Assembly: GCA_951406725.2 (NCBI GenBank)
Contig: OX597841.1
Span: forward strand, 20,956,001 to 21,020,000
DNA: 64,000 bases
Reading direction: 5' to 3'
From: Octopus vulgaris
Lineage: Eukaryota
Under the pieces are notes generated by a model. That model made no database searches. It was not told where the DNA came from and was given only the letters and a program-made list of their open reading frames with translations. Made by a program: the position numbers and the translations under genes. This document shows positions 28,987-43,866 of the stretch, in pieces (positions within the stretch are counted from its first letter, which is position 1; each line of letters opens with the position of its first letter).

Positions 28987-29102
28987 ATTTATTTTCTATT
29001 GTCAGTTCCAGCCAGACACTGTGGCCATGCTGGAGTACTGCCATAAAGACTATTCGCTCTCATGCTGGGAATCAAACCTGGTCCGCTTGGGTGAAAGCCA
29101 GT
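28987..29102 (-). mobile_element. tRNA-Glu(TTC)-like fragment fused to the CR1/SINE-A type tail
   Basis: Minus strand: CTGG-CTTTCAC-CCAAG CGG ACCAG GTTTGATT CCCAG CATGAGA (anticodon arm, T arm, acceptor 3' strand), then GGCAGTACTCCAGCATGGCCACAGT. Confidence 0.55.
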
Positions 29103-29111
29103 ACATACATA

Positions 29112-29166
<55 letters not shown>

Positions 29167-29279
29167 TTGTGTGTGTAATATATATGTATATATATGTATT
29201 TGTGTGTGTATTTTTACATGGCTACAGTTCAATGGAATGTATAAGATAAACACACAAACCAATGTGATTGTGTGCCTCT

Positions 29280-29313
<34 letters not shown>

Positions 29314-29399
29314 ATATTATGCATGCTTACATAAGTGTGTGTATGTGTATATATACACATATATGTATATATATATGTGTGTGTATATATATATATATA

Positions 29400-29564
<165 letters not shown>

Positions 29565-29599
29565 GCGTGTGTGTGTGTGTATATATATATATGTGTGTG

Positions 29600-29634
<35 letters not shown>

Positions 29635-29685
29635 ATATATGTATATATATATATGTGTGTGTGTGTGTGTATGTGTGTGTGTGTA

Positions 29686-29724
<39 letters not shown>

Positions 29725-30043
29725 GCATATACGTATATATATATGCATATATATATATATATATATGTACACACATGCACACAGAGTAGTGTTAAATTTG
29801 ATGATTGCGGGGTGTGTAATATTGCTTAACCCCTAATATTTACCCCCTTAATCACTGTATTTACCCTTTAATGCACTTTTTTGTAGTTGTTATCAACATA
29901 AATAACAAAACCCAGTTTTCTTTACTTAAATATGCGGTCAGCATTTATTTATAAATTAAATGCTAATTAATATTATTTTCCAGAACATTTTATTTGTTTT
30001 AATGAATATTTCTCGATCTTAATTTAGTTAATTAAGGAATAGC

Positions 30044-30742
30044 AACACCCGTGGACATATTTACAAAGTCAGAAAACAGCACAGCTCCCATGACTTTCAC
30101 TAAGAGTTGCTGAAGCATGGAACAAACTGCTGGCATCAGTTGTTAGTTGTCGGAGCACTGCATCCTTCAAAACTTCCATGCTTCCTGAGATTCGCCAACA
30201 CTACACCTGATCTTTCTCCCTCCATACACACGCAAGCATGTATCTGACAACCAAGAGAATACCCTCCATCAGGCATTTGCCATATTATGAATGCTTTACT
30301 TCCCTGGGCATGGACACATTGAAACTCCGACGTCTGGCAGCTGACTTGGCAGACACCCATAAAATTATTAACCATCGTACAAACAATAACTCTGAGCACC
30401 TTTTCAAACTCCACCTGTCTAACACCCATGGTCATATTTACAAAGTCAGAAAACAGCACAGCTCCCATGACTTTCAGAAACATTTTTTCAGGCTAAGAGT
30501 TGCTGAAGCATGGAACAAACTGCCTGCATCAGTTGTTAGTTGTCAGAGCACTGCATCCTTCAAAACTTCCATGCTTTCTGAGATTTGCCAACACTACACC
30601 TGATTTTCTCCCCTCCATACACACACAAGCATGTATCTGACTCATACACTGTTCACTTTCCAGGCATTGGTACATTACTGCATATGCTTTATATGCACTT
30701 TTGACAAGTTGTGGTGCACCTGAGCACTGTTTACAATAATTA

Positions 30743-30780
<38 letters not shown>
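30044..30780 (+). mobile_element. CR1/L2-type LINE 3' end with internal partial duplication and (ATT)n tail
   Basis: ORF 30238-30603 ..LKLRRLAADL..THGHIYKV..HFFRLRVAEAWNKLP. 30044-30248 is a deleted duplicate of 30420-30640. Confidence 0.8.
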
Positions 30781-30781
<1 letters not shown>

Positions 30782-30949
30782 CTTCTGCCAGCAATGAACA
30801 TGTTTTGAATTGTCTCACTTACTTAGTGAAAGATCATCCTATGTAGCCATTTCTTTTCGTTTTGCTAATCGCTACATTTCAAATTATTCTCAGGTTATTT
30901 GTGATACTGAAAACGTTGGAAATTATGATTTGGAAACTCTAATTGTTGT

Positions 30950-31528
30950 TATTATTGAGTGAGAGAGCAGCACATGCCATCAAAATGACACCTGGGTACA
31001 AATATACAAAGCCCAATATACCCATCGTGACGGGTATATACAAATATACAAAGCCCAATATACCCATCGTGACTACCCGTCTGATAAGGGTACACCAGGC
31101 ACATCCATCACAACAACATGTGCACGACATAGTGATCTCATATCGAGAGAAACAGCACTTGACATTGCAGATGGGGCCCAGTTAAAATTCTATTCAGATT
31201 GAGTAGCCCTTCCCATTCAAAAGTTCCCTGAACAAGGGTTGTTTAAGGATGTTGAACGAACCACCCATGTTTCCAAAGGTGAATTATTCAAATCCTGAAA
31301 AATCCCTTTCAACGCACAGCTATGATGCTCCCCCACTACTTCTGCTAGTGATCAGAGATGCACATATCGTCAGCCACTAAGGGACATAATCAACTGGTTA
31401 AGGTCAAACAACTGACAAGCAAATCTGTGGTATTGAGCAGAATATTTGCTGTAGCCCATCTTTTATACCAAGACAAAACAATGTACATGATAACACTTCC
31501 AATCAGTTAAGATCAGAAGCCATGAGAA
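30950..31528 (-). mobile_element. Unclassified interspersed retroelement fragment flanked by (TTA) repeats
   Basis: Complex sequence bounded by TTATTATT tracts, with a short internal tandem duplication (TACAAATATACAAAGCCCAATATACCCATCGTGAC x2). Family not resolved. Confidence 0.35.
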
Positions 31529-31995
31529 TATTATTATTGGGCAAAGTGCTTAGTGGCATATCATCCATCTTTACTTTCTGAGTTCAAATTCCACCAAAGC
31601 TGACTTCACCTTTCGTTCTTTTGGGGTTGACAAATTATAGGCTGGTTGAGCGCTGGGGTTGATGTCATCGACTTGTTCCCTCCCTTAAAATTTTACCCCT
31701 TGTACCTTAGAAACGCATTGAGCTAGCAGAAAATGGTGGTGCGCTGGCAGAACCATTAGCATGCCAGGCAAAATGTGTTTATGTTCTGAGTTCAAATTCT
31801 GGGAGAGGAGGGTAAATATGTAATTTTCTCTTCCCTCCCCCTCCTTTCCTTCCTTTGTTCCTCTCTTTTCTCTTTCACCTCCTCCCCTCTTCATTTGTAT
31901 AAAAACCAAGAAAATTTATTTTGAAAAGTCCATATGAATGGATGAAAGTGTTGATAAAATATTATCGAAAATTCTGATTGCCTCCTGTTTCTTAA

Positions 31996-32215
31996 CCCTT
32001 TTGTTACTAACCCAGCCAAAACCAGCTCTGGCTCTGGGGTAAAATGTTTTGTTTTCATAAGTTTTGAGTTAAAATCTTCCACCAAACCTTAGTCACAATT
32101 TATATTCCTAACACTAGCTTAATGATAACTAAGTTATTTTACTAAATTCTTTGTTATATTTAAAGTAATTGAAAGAAACACAGAGCATCTCAATATAAAT
32201 ATGATAACGAAAGGG
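31996..32215. mobile_element. piggyBac-type MITE
   Basis: TTAA|CCCTTTTGTTAC ... ATAACGAAAGGG|TTAA. Confidence 0.85.
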
Positions 32216-32366
32216 TTAAGAAGAAAAATAATCAGCAGAAGAAATGAGGGATGGAGACCTCAATGTGGTCACTCTATATGCTAGAAACAACAGCCTAATT
32301 TCCTTCAATCCACACCCTTCCAAGTGCTTCTTATGTCCATCTGCCCAAATGTAGAGGTGTGTTTAA

Positions 32367-32587
32367 CCCCTTCGATACCAACCCGGCTGAAACCACGTTT
32401 GTCTCTGTAGTACAAATGTCTTGTTTTCATAAGTTTTGAATTCAAATCTTCCACCAAACCTTAGTCACAATTATGTTCCTAACACTGGCTGAATGATAAC
32501 TAAGTTATTTTACTAAATTCTTTGTTATATTTAAAATTAATTGAAAGAAACACAGAGCATCTCAAAATAAATACAGTAACAAAAGGG
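32367..32587. mobile_element. piggyBac-type MITE (second of the pair)
   Basis: TTAA|CCCCTTCGATAC ... GTAACAAAAGGG|TTAA. Confidence 0.85.
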
Positions 32588-33043
32588 TTAATAGATATGT
32601 GTGTGTGTGTGAGGCATGTGCTGTGAGTAATTACTCAGGTTAGGCAGTTGGTGACCTTTAAGTAGTAAAACACAAAAAAATAAGTGAAACACAGGCTCAT
32701 GCTTGAGTTGGAGGCAGGTTTACTTCTGCCTTTTTAGCTTGTAAAGAAAATGTTGTTGTAGGAATGTACACAGCATGTGTGCTACAGCAGTCCTATGCAT
32801 AGTTTTAATACTGAGATTGAAAGGCAGGGGCGAATTATGCCTACCTGATCTACAAACTTATAGAATATTTTGCAATTTATGCATAGTAATCAGAGTAACT
32901 TCCTTATTTTATAGAATTAGATGCATATTTTGCCATAAAAGGAAATTATTACGATCAATCTATTTCATTCAGGGTAGGCACTGCCTATCTTGCCTACCCA
33001 GGCAACACGTTATGTATATATATATATATATATATGTATGATG

Positions 33044-33079
<36 letters not shown>

Positions 33080-33082
<3 letters not shown>

Positions 33083-33330
33083 GCGCCCTTTTATAGCCTA
33101 GCCAGGCTCCTGGGCCCAGTTTTCCGGTTTCTATGGCGTATGTGTTCCCCAACTGGACAGGATGCCAGTCCATCGCAGCGTTACTAACTTTTGCCAGCTG
33201 AATGGACTGGAGCAATGTGAAATGAAGTGATTTGCTCAAGAACACAATGTGTCGCCCAGTCCAGGAATCGAAACCACAATCTTACGATCATGATGCTAAC
33301 ACCCTAACCACTAAGCCACAGACCTCCACA
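33080..33330 (-). mobile_element. tRNA-derived SINE family D with (TTA)n tail
   Basis: Minus strand: GTGGCTTAGTGGTTAGG..GGTTTCGATTCC..GTGTTCTTGAGCAAATCACTTCATTTCACATTGCTCCAG. Confidence 0.75.
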
Positions 33331-33438
33331 CACACACACACACACATCATCATCATCATCATCCATCAAAGAAATCTGGAAACCAAGCCCATGAGCCTGG
33401 CTAGGCTTTAAAAAGGGTGCATGTAGTTAGTTTTTATT

Positions 33439-33485
<47 letters not shown>

Positions 33486-33571
33486 GTATATATATATACA
33501 TATATACTTATACATATATATATATATATATATATGTATACACATGTATATATATATATACATATATACTT

Positions 33572-33614
<43 letters not shown>

Positions 33615-33960
33615 CATGTATATATATATATATATACATATATACTTATACATACATATATACTTATACATACATATATATATATATATACTTACACATA
33701 CATACATATATACATATACATAACTTTGTTGCTGGTCTGTTGACTAATTAAAAAGAAAAATCAATTCTTGTTTGTTTGGTAGCCTGATGAGATGGGAGTT
33801 ATGTAACATATTATGCAATCTAACTTCTTGGATCTTGCTTATGTTTCAAAGACTCCTAGGGTTGTTTGTGCCTAATTTTCCTCTTGAATATCAAGATTTT
33901 ATTGTAGGTATTTGACATCTACTTCTAGCGTGGGTGCATCTTGTTTCCAGTAGCCCTTAA

Positions 33961-34046
<86 letters not shown>

Positions 34047-34239
34047 GTATGTATGTATTCATTTATATTTTTGTGCTTGTTTCAGCTTCCGGCTACCAAA
34101 TCCATTCACAAGGTTTCGGTAAGCCCTAAGCTATAGTCGAAGACACTTGCCCAAGGTGCCACGTAGTGGAACTGAACCCAGGAACCATGTGGTTGGAAAG
34201 TAAGCTCCTTACCACACTGCTACTCCTGCACCTATAAAT

Positions 34240-34284
<45 letters not shown>

Positions 34285-34299
34285 GACACACACATATAA

Positions 34300-34363
<64 letters not shown>

Positions 34364-34364
34364 G

Positions 34365-34570
34365 TGACCTCGTGTGTACCGTTGGCGATTTTTTTTCCTC
34401 TGTCTTCCCTTCTCTGGATCTTTCCTTCTCCTATATTTCCGACGAAGAGCTCCGCTCAAAATGTTAAACCCTCCTTCTTTCCTTCTTTCCTGAGCATCCA
34501 ATAATACCATATTTGTTCCACGTCCTCGTGTTGTGTTTTTTTTGTGCTTTCTTGTTTGGATTAACTTTTA
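34365..34570 (+). mobile_element. Penelope-like cassette with a decayed hammerhead (34435-34469)
   Basis: ATTT-CCGACGA-A-GAGC-tcc-GCTC-AAAATGTT-AAAC, flanked by (TA)n. Homologous to 44660-44860. Confidence 0.6.
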
Positions 34571-35209
34571 TATATATATGTATATATATATATATATATA
34601 CACACACACATGTATATATACACATATGATATATAAATGGTATTTATGTATGTATCTGTGTATATGTGTCTATCTCTTTATGTGTATGTGTATGTATCAA
34701 TTTATCCGTGTGTGTGTGTGTGTGTGTGTGTTTGTAGAACTCATTATCATCATCATCATCATCATCATCTAGTCATTACAGATAGTTCAGTCTCCAGGGT
34801 ATTTAGAATCTAATTGAGGCTCCTCCACCACCATCACCATTACCACCACCACCACCACCACCACCACCACCACCATCACAGGACTTGTTTCCATGGCAAT
34901 GTGTTTCCAGCTGGTTTTAGAAGCTGTGTCAGCAAACCCCCAAACTGGCCTAGCCACTCAATGCACCTCCCTACCCCCGCCCCCACCGTCCCACCCCGAC
35001 CTCTCCTTCATTACCATCCCCTCTCTGTGCCCACCACCAGCTCTACCCTTCCCTCCAGCAACAAATACTACCTCCCACACACTATCGTTAAATTATCCAA
35101 CACCATATTGTCCTGCCACCACCACCACCACCACCGCCATCATTATCATCATCACCACCACCACCACCACCACCATCACCTCCACCATCATCAGCACCCC
35201 CACCACCAT

Positions 35210-35241
<32 letters not shown>

Positions 35242-35688
35242 TCATCATCACCACCACCACCACCATCACCTCCACCACCACCACCACCACCATCACCACC
35301 ACCACCACCATCCCTGCTGCCAACACCTCCACTACCACTGCCCCCCACCATCGCCACCAATTGCTACCACCACCAGCTTCATTACCGCTCCCACCATAAC
35401 CAACACAGCTCTCTCTCCACCTCTACCGCCACCAGCACCATCTCTTCCCCTTCACATCCGCTTCCATTATTTTCCTTCTAACAGTTTGAAGTCTTATCTT
35501 ATCCAATAACAATGCCATGGCCGCTGGTTTTCCCAACGACCCTGCTGTCTTGCAGTCTCTCGGAGAAGACTGGCCTCAACCGTGTTGCTACACCTTGTAG
35601 AAATAGCAACCAAATCTGCTTCAATCACATCCTACTATCTTTTGTATGTATGTGTGTGTGTATGTATGTAGGTAGTTTGAGTTAACAA

Positions 35689-36222
35689 AGGCGGCAAGCT
35701 GGCAGAATCGTTAGCACGCCGGATGAAAATGCTTAGCAGTATTTCGTCTGCCACTACGTTCTGAGTTCAAATTCCACCGAGGTCGACTTTGCCTTTCATC
35801 CTTTCGGGGTCGATTAAATGAGTACCAGTTACGCACTGGGGTTGATATAATCGACTTAATCCGTTTGTCTGTCCTTGTTTGTCCCCTCTGTGTTTAGCCA
35901 CTTGTGGGTAGTAAAGAAATAGGTATTTCATCTGCCGCTACGTTCTGAGTTCAAATTCCACCGAGGTCGACTTTGCCTTTCATCCTTTTGGGGTTGATTA
36001 AATAAGTACCAGTTACGCACTGGGGTTGATATAATCGACATAATCCGTTTGTCTGTCCTTGTTTGTCCTCTCTGTGTTTAGCCCCTTGTGGGTAATAAAG
36101 AAATAGGTATTTTGTCTGCTGCTACGTTCTGAGTTCAAATTCCACCGAGGTCGACTTTGCCTTTCATCCTTTCGGGGTTGATTAAATAAGTACCAGTTAC
36201 GCAGGTAGTAAAGAAATAGGTA
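35689..36222 (+). mobile_element. SINE family B in tandem (about 3 partial units, ~184-bp period)
   Basis: GGCGGCAAGCTGGCAGAATCGTTAGCACGCC head, then repeated GTATTT..CTACGTTCTGAGTTCAAATTCCACCGAGGTCGAC..GTAAAGAAATAG. Confidence 0.85.
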
Positions 36223-36717
36223 TGAGTTAAGAAAGGAGCGCTCTGCTTGGTAGCTAGAACTGATAGAAATAGCAGCCAAATCTCCCTCAAATCACACCCC
36301 ATTCTCTAACATGTATGTATGAGTTAATGAAGGGAATCTCTATATGGTAGCTAGATCTGGTAGAAATAGCAGCCAAGTCCCCCTCAAATTACTCCCTGTT
36401 GTTTTATGCATTTTCTGTAAGCAAGGGAAGGACCTTTTGCAATTTGTTCTGGTCTCAACAAGTGTTAAAACAGCAACCTTTGAACTGCTTTTTCATCTTG
36501 GAATGAGATGGAAGTCTGCGATGCTAAATAGGATGGGTGTGGAAGCAATACTATGAAGTTTTGGGTGACAAACTTTCAAGTGAGGACAGTTGGGTGACAG
36601 GGTGAATTGATGTCGCAACTTGCAACCCAATTCTTTAAATAATTGGTGGCTTACTGGTAAAACATGATTACTTTCAGTGTTTCTGATGTATTTGGTACAT
36701 GAAAGACGGATGTTCCA

Positions 36718-36757
36718 TCTCTATCTATCTCTATCTCTATCTATGTATCTACCTATG

Positions 36758-36807
<50 letters not shown>

Positions 36808-36850
36808 CCTATGTATCTATCTATCTATGTATCTATCTATCTATCCATCC

Positions 36851-36889
<39 letters not shown>

Positions 36890-36938
36890 CATCTATCTAT
36901 CCATCCATCTATCTATCTATCTATCTATCTATCCATCC

Positions 36939-36990
<52 letters not shown>

Positions 36991-37037
36991 GTCAATCTAT
37001 CTATCTTTATCTATCTATCTATCTATCTACCTATCTC

Positions 37038-37095
<58 letters not shown>

Positions 37096-37455
37096 CATCT
37101 CCCTCTCTATCTATCTTTTTCCTCTCCCCCTTTTTTTAACCCCCCTTTTTTTTGTCCTCTTTCTCTCCTTTTACGATCCCTTTTGATCGAAATTCCCCCT
37201 TCTTTTTTTTTTTTTAAACCTTCAAAAGAAAAGCTCTACCTTGTAATTTGTTCTATCTGTGTGCAGCCCTGTGTGGCTAATAAAGAAACATATCTATCTA
37301 TCTCTTTATCTATCTATCTATCTATTCATTTATCTCTCTTTCTATCCATCCATCCATCTATCTATCTGTCTCCCTCTCTCTCTCTCTCTCTATCTCTCTC
37401 TCCATCTATCCGTCTCTCTCTATCTATCTATGCATCTCCCTCTCTATCTATCTAT
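36718..37455. repeat. (TATC)n microsatellite
   Basis: Seen directly. Confidence 0.95.
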
Positions 37456-38175
37456 CTCCTTCCTCCTCCTCTTCCCTGCAATCTTCACCGAATACCTTTC
37501 AGTCCCTAACACTAAAAAGACCCATTTATTTTCCCTGAAATTTGTCTTTCCCTTTTATATTTGTTCTATTCTTTTGCAAGGCATTCCCCAACGAGTGCGT
37601 GTGTGTGTAGGTGTAGGGCTGTGTGTGTAGGTGTATTGATGCTTCCGAAAACGTGAGTCAACGTGTGACTGTGTGTGTGTGTGTGTAGGTGTGTGTTCAT
37701 GTGGCAATATTTACATTCATGTAGTGGCTACGCATATTTCTGCAACATGCTTATGTGTGTGTAAGTGAGAGAGAGAGAGATCAACGTTTGTGCACGTGCA
37801 AAAATGCCTATGCTATTTATACGCAAGCGTTTGTAAAGTGTGTATGTGTGTGTGTGTGTGTGCGTGTGATTGTCGTTTCTGTATGTGACAGGAGTGTGCA
37901 TACGCCATTCCTACGTAATCACTTGTGTGTGTGTGTGTGTATATATATGTATATATATGTATGCATGAGTGTACGTGTGTGTGTGTGCGTGTGTGTGTGT
38001 GTGTGTGGTTATCGTTTCCGTGCGTGCGTGCGATGAGTGTGTTTGTGCCATTCATACGAAATCGTTTGCGTGCGTATGTATACGTGTATATATATATATA
38101 TACGTGTGTATATGTGGTATGCAAGAGCCTTTAGTGCGTGTATGTTATTCATACGCGATCGTTTTCGTGCGTTTC

Positions 38176-38238
<63 letters not shown>

Positions 38239-38427
38239 TGTGTGTGTGTATGTGTGTGTCTGTGTGTGTGTGTATGTGTCTGTGTGTGTGTGTATGTGTG
38301 TGTGTGTGTGTTCGTTCTTGGAAATTCCAGCGGAGAAATCTTAGGAATGTTTTCACCGATCTTCGTTCGACATCAAATGATCGATTGAAGTCGAAGGATG
38401 TGGGTCACTTTCACTTTCACTTCATCA

Positions 38428-38458
<31 letters not shown>

Positions 38459-38869
38459 AGGTGTGTGTGTGTGTGTGTGTGTGTAAGGTGGTGATGGTGG
38501 CAGTGGTGCAGGAAAGACCCCCCCCCTCCCCGCCCCCCCCCCGCTAATTTTCCAAGCTTTTCTTCGGAAATCCTCTGTCATTACTTGTGGAGATATCAAC
38601 AACACCTTTGAAATAACAATAGTTGCGAAGGACGACTGTCCGCCTGTCAGTCTGTCTGTCTGTGTGCATGTCGGTCTGTGCGTGTGCACCTTTGTATGTT
38701 TGCCTATGTATGTGTGCACGCGCGGGTGTGTGCATGTATGTATGTATGTATGTATGTATTTATGTGTGTTTGTATGTATGTATATGTGTCTTTGTATATA
38801 TGTATATCTACATGTGTATGTATATAGATGTATGCGTGTCTGTATGTGTCTTGTGTTTCTAAGTATGTT

Positions 38870-38967
<98 letters not shown>

Positions 38968-39724
38968 CACATGTGTGTTCTGTGTAAGTATGTTTGTGCG
39001 TGTAATATATGTGTGTATGTATGTATGTATGTGTGTGTGTATATATGTATGTATGTATGTAGGTATGTATGTAGGTATGTATGTATGTATGTATGTATGT
39101 ATGTATGTATGCATGTATGTATGTATGTATGTATGCATGTATGTATGTGTGTATGTATGTATGCATACATCTATGTCTGCATGTATGTATGTATGTAGTG
39201 TGTATGTATGTATGTATGCATGCATGTATGTATGTATGCATGTATATATGTATGTATGTATGATGTATGTATGTATGTATGTATGTGTGTATGTATGTAT
39301 ATATGTATGTATGTATGATGCATGTATGTTTGTATGTATGTATGATGTATGTATGTATGTATGTATGTATGTATGTATGTATGTATGTATGTATGATGTT
39401 TGTATGTATGTATGCATGCATGTATGTATGTATGTATGTGTATATGTATGTATGTATGTACATGCGTTTTCCTGAATGTATAGATGTGTGTTTACCTCAT
39501 GTGTTATTGTGTGTGTGAATGTATGTATATGTGTGTACATATTTCTGTATTGATGTTTGTATGTATATATATATATGTATTTCTGTGTGTGTGTGTGTGT
39601 GAGGTTCTCTGCATTTATGTGCATTTTTGTATGTGCATACATGCGCATATTTGTAATGGGAGGTTGAGGGTGCCGGCCAGGTATGCGCACCTTCCACAGT
39701 GTGTCATGTGGTGGTGGTGGTGGG

Positions 39725-41445
39725 AGTGGAGAGAGAAAGAGAGAAGGAAGGGACAGAGAGAGATGGAGGGAAGGAGGAGGAGAGAGAGACAGAGAGAGAG
39801 AAAATGGGAGAGAGAGAGAGAGAGAGAAAGCGAGTGAGAGAGAGAGAGAGAAAGTTAGGCAGACAGACAAATTGAAAGGCAGAGACAGATAGAAGGAAGG
39901 AGAGAGAGTGAGAGAGAGAAAGGGAGAAGGAAAGGAAGAGAGGCGGAGGGAAGGGAAGAGAGAGAGAGAGACAGAGACAGAAAACGGGAGAGAGACAGAG
40001 AGAGAAAGAAAGAAGGAAGGAAGGAAAGAGGGAAAGAAAGAAAGGGAGGGAAGGAAGGAAGGAAGGAAGAAAGAAAGAAGGAAGGAAAGAAGGAGAGAGA
40101 GGAAGGAAGGAAAGAAATGAAGGAAAGGAAGAAAGGAAGGAAGGAAGAAAGAAAGAAATAAGGAAGGAAGAAAGAAAGAAGGAAAGGAAAGAAGAAAGAA
40201 AGAAAGATAGAAGGAAGAAAGAAAGAAAGAAAGAAATAAGGAAGGAAGGAATTAAAGAAAGAAAGAAATAAGGAAGGAAGGAAATAAAGGAAGGAAGAAA
40301 GAAAGAAGGAAATAAGGAAAAAAGAAAGAAGGAGGGAGGAAGGAAGAAAGAAGGAGAGAGGGTGTTCAGATATTAGAATTGTGTGTTTAACAAGTTTCCT
40401 TGTGTTTTGTGGATTGTGGCAGAGGGAATGGAATTTAAAGTAGTCACAATTAAAAGGCATGTGAATATCACCCATCCATGCCACCACCACCACCACCACC
40501 ACCACAATCACCACCACCACCATCGCCATCATCAATCGCCATCATCAATCACCATCATCAATCACCATCAATCATCATCATTGTCATCATCGTTATTATA
40601 CTTATTAGTCTCTTTAAATCTCAATTACCACCACCACCACCAACACAACCACTTTCATCCACCACAACTCCACATTCTGCAGATGGTGCTGCCATCACCA
40701 CCACCACAACCACCAGTATCACAACCACCACCACCACCACCATCACCACCACTGCCACCACCATCATCACCACCACTGCCACCACCATCATCACAACCAC
40801 CACCATCACAACCACCACCACCACCATCACCACCATCACCACCACCATCATCACCACCACTGCCACCACCATCATCACAACCACCAGCATCACAACCACC
40901 ACCACCACCATCACCACCACCACCATCACCACCACCACCACCACCATCACCACCACCACCACCACCATCATCACCACCACCACACCACCATCACCACCAC
41001 TGCCACCACCATCATCACCACCACTGCCACCACCATCATCACAACCACCAGCATCACAACCACCACCACCACCATCACCACCACTGCCACCACCATCATC
41101 ACCACCACTGCCACCACCATCATCACAACCACCAGCATCACAACCACCACCACCACCATCACCACCACTGCCACCACCATCATCACCACCACTGCCACCA
41201 CCATCATCACAACCACCAGCATCACAACCACCACCACCACCACTGCCACCACCATCATCACCACCACCGCCACCACCATCAGCATCACAACTACCACCAC
41301 CATCACAACCACCACCACCGTCACAACCACTATCATCACCACCACCACCACCATCACAACCACCACCACCATCACAACCATCACCAGCATCACAACTACC
41401 ACCACTATCACAACTACCACCACCATCATCACAACCACCACTACC
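39725..41445. repeat. Purine-rich (GA/GGAA/GAAA)n tract followed by a (CAC/CAT)n tract
   Basis: Seen directly. Confidence 0.95.
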
Positions 41446-41793
41446 TCTACTGACATCTGCAGCCCCACGTTCTGCCAATATTGTCACCACCACCACCACC
41501 ACCTCCACCACCATCACCTTTGCCTTTCCCTTACTGACATACAGAGTTGTCATCATTTCCTGGGGTCAGTGTCCGGTCATCCTTAGCTTCTTGGTTGAAT
41601 CCCTGTCTGTGGAGAAGGTGTGTGTGTGAAGGGGTGGCTGCTTTTTTTATCAAATGCATCCAAAAGTTATTTATAAGTGTGTAGAAATACATGAATATAT
41701 GGTGTATAAATACATTATATTTATATATATGTATATATATTTGTGATTTGCATGTGTGTGTGTCTATATGTATTTATATGTATACACACACAT

Positions 41794-41870
<77 letters not shown>

Positions 41871-43076
41871 CAAATGTCTATGATGGAAATATGTGTGTGT
41901 ATATATATATATTTATATTCATAAATAACATGCATGTGTGTGTGTGTGCATATATATATATACACACACATACACATACATGTTATATATGAATATATAT
42001 ACATATACATATGCATTTGTCTATAATGTAAATGTGTGTATATATATTCATATATATATATATTTGTGTGTATGTATGTACATATATAAAAATATATATA
42101 TAAAAAATTTAACAAGAACAGAACAAACAAATAGTTTATAGGTAATTCCTCATCAGTCAATGTCCAAAAGATCTTTACTGTTTCATGCCTTTAACGTTGA
42201 TAATATTTGCTTTTTGGTGGCGCCAGTGTCAAAATTGGAGGGATAAGTATAATCCATGCAATTACTTCATCAATACTTCATGCAGGGGGAACCTGGCTTG
42301 CATAGTATTCCAAGAAGGGAAGGGGGATAGGTTATGTACTTCAGTTAAGCACTTTGGCAAAACCAAGGCATGATTAACGTCTTCACATACCATTCCTAGT
42401 AAATCTATTTTTGAATGAAAGTATACGTTCACTTATACTCTAGAGGTATTTGTCACTTATTTCCTATCCAAAATACTTCGTTCATGATGTTTTTCCTGTT
42501 TTCTATCATGAACGAACAAGTGGTTATAAAAATCCTAAAAAAGGAAGTGCTGGTAAATGTGCTTTGTTTGATGAAAAATGGACTGAGCTTATTTTTTGCT
42601 TATTGCTATAGATAATAAGTCTTACTTGCAATGAAGAATTAGCTGTTCATAAAATTGTATATCTTTGTGCACCTGAGGATAGCTCTGCATTTAAATTGAT
42701 GTAATGATTGCATTGTTCAATTAAATGGAGTTGCTTGAAACGATCGTACTGCATTATCTCTGGATATCCTTGTTGCTTATTTTGATTTTAATCACCTTAT
42801 TTTGAAATTGTATGGATAATATCATAATATATTATGAGGCATTTTGTGAGTAAGTATAAGACCTATGAAAATTTGAAAAAATTTCAGTGTGTAGGGAAGA
42901 TAGTCCCTTGAAAGAAAATCTGTTCAAAAGACAAGCTTTTTTTCAAAGGCCGATTCTTGAAAGTGAATCAGTAACTCAAGCTAGTTATGCAGTATGCAAA
43001 GATATTGCTAAAAATCTCTGACTGCATATCAATGGTGAATTCATAAAAGAAGGTATCCTTACTGCTGTTGAGAATA

Positions 43077-43487
43077 TCATCATCATCGTTTAACGTCCGC
43101 TTTCCATGCTAGCATGGGTTGGACAATTTTGACTGAGGGCTGGCGAACCAGATGGCTGCACCAGGCTCCAATCTTGATCTGGCAGAGTTTCTACAACTGG
43201 ATGCCCTTCCTAACGCCAACCACTCTGAGATTGTAGTGGGTGCTTTTACATGCCACCGGCATGGGGCCAGTCAGGCGGTACTGGCAACAACCTCGCTCGA
43301 ATCTTTTTACACGTGCCACCGGCACAGGTGCCAGTAAGGCGATGCTGGTAACAATCACACTCGAATGGTGTCTTTTACATACCATCGGCACGGAGGCCAG
43401 ATAGCTGCTCTGGCAACGATCACGCTCGGATGGTGCTCTTAGCTCCCTACTAGCACGGGGCTCAAGTGCCAGTAAGGCGATGCTGGT
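43077..43487 (-). mobile_element. RTE LINE 3' UTR inserted in the hAT ORF
   Basis: (CAT)n-CGTTTAACGTCCGCTTTCCATGCTAGC...; interrupts the ENI|FPE codons. Confidence 0.8.
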
Positions 43488-43866
43488 ATATTCCCAGAAA
43501 ATCTTAGTTTGTTTGGAAGTATTTGCTTGTCAAGAAGAACTATTTCTAATCATACTAATGATATTGCTGATGACATTCAAAGTTCTCTAAAATCTAATTC
43601 AGCAGAATTCGTATTGTATTCATTCGCTATTGATGGGACAATTGATTTGTCTCATCCTGCTCTGGTGGCAATATTCATACAGGGAATAACTACAAACATT
43701 CAGGGAGAATTTCTTACCTTCAAATCAATGTATGGAACAACTCGCGGTGAAGGTTTATTCCAAACGGTCGACTCAACCGTAAAGGATTTTGATTCACTGT
43801 ATGAAAAAATGAGTGCTCTTGCTACAGATGGCGCTCCATGTATGGTAGGCCATGAAAAAGGGTTTT

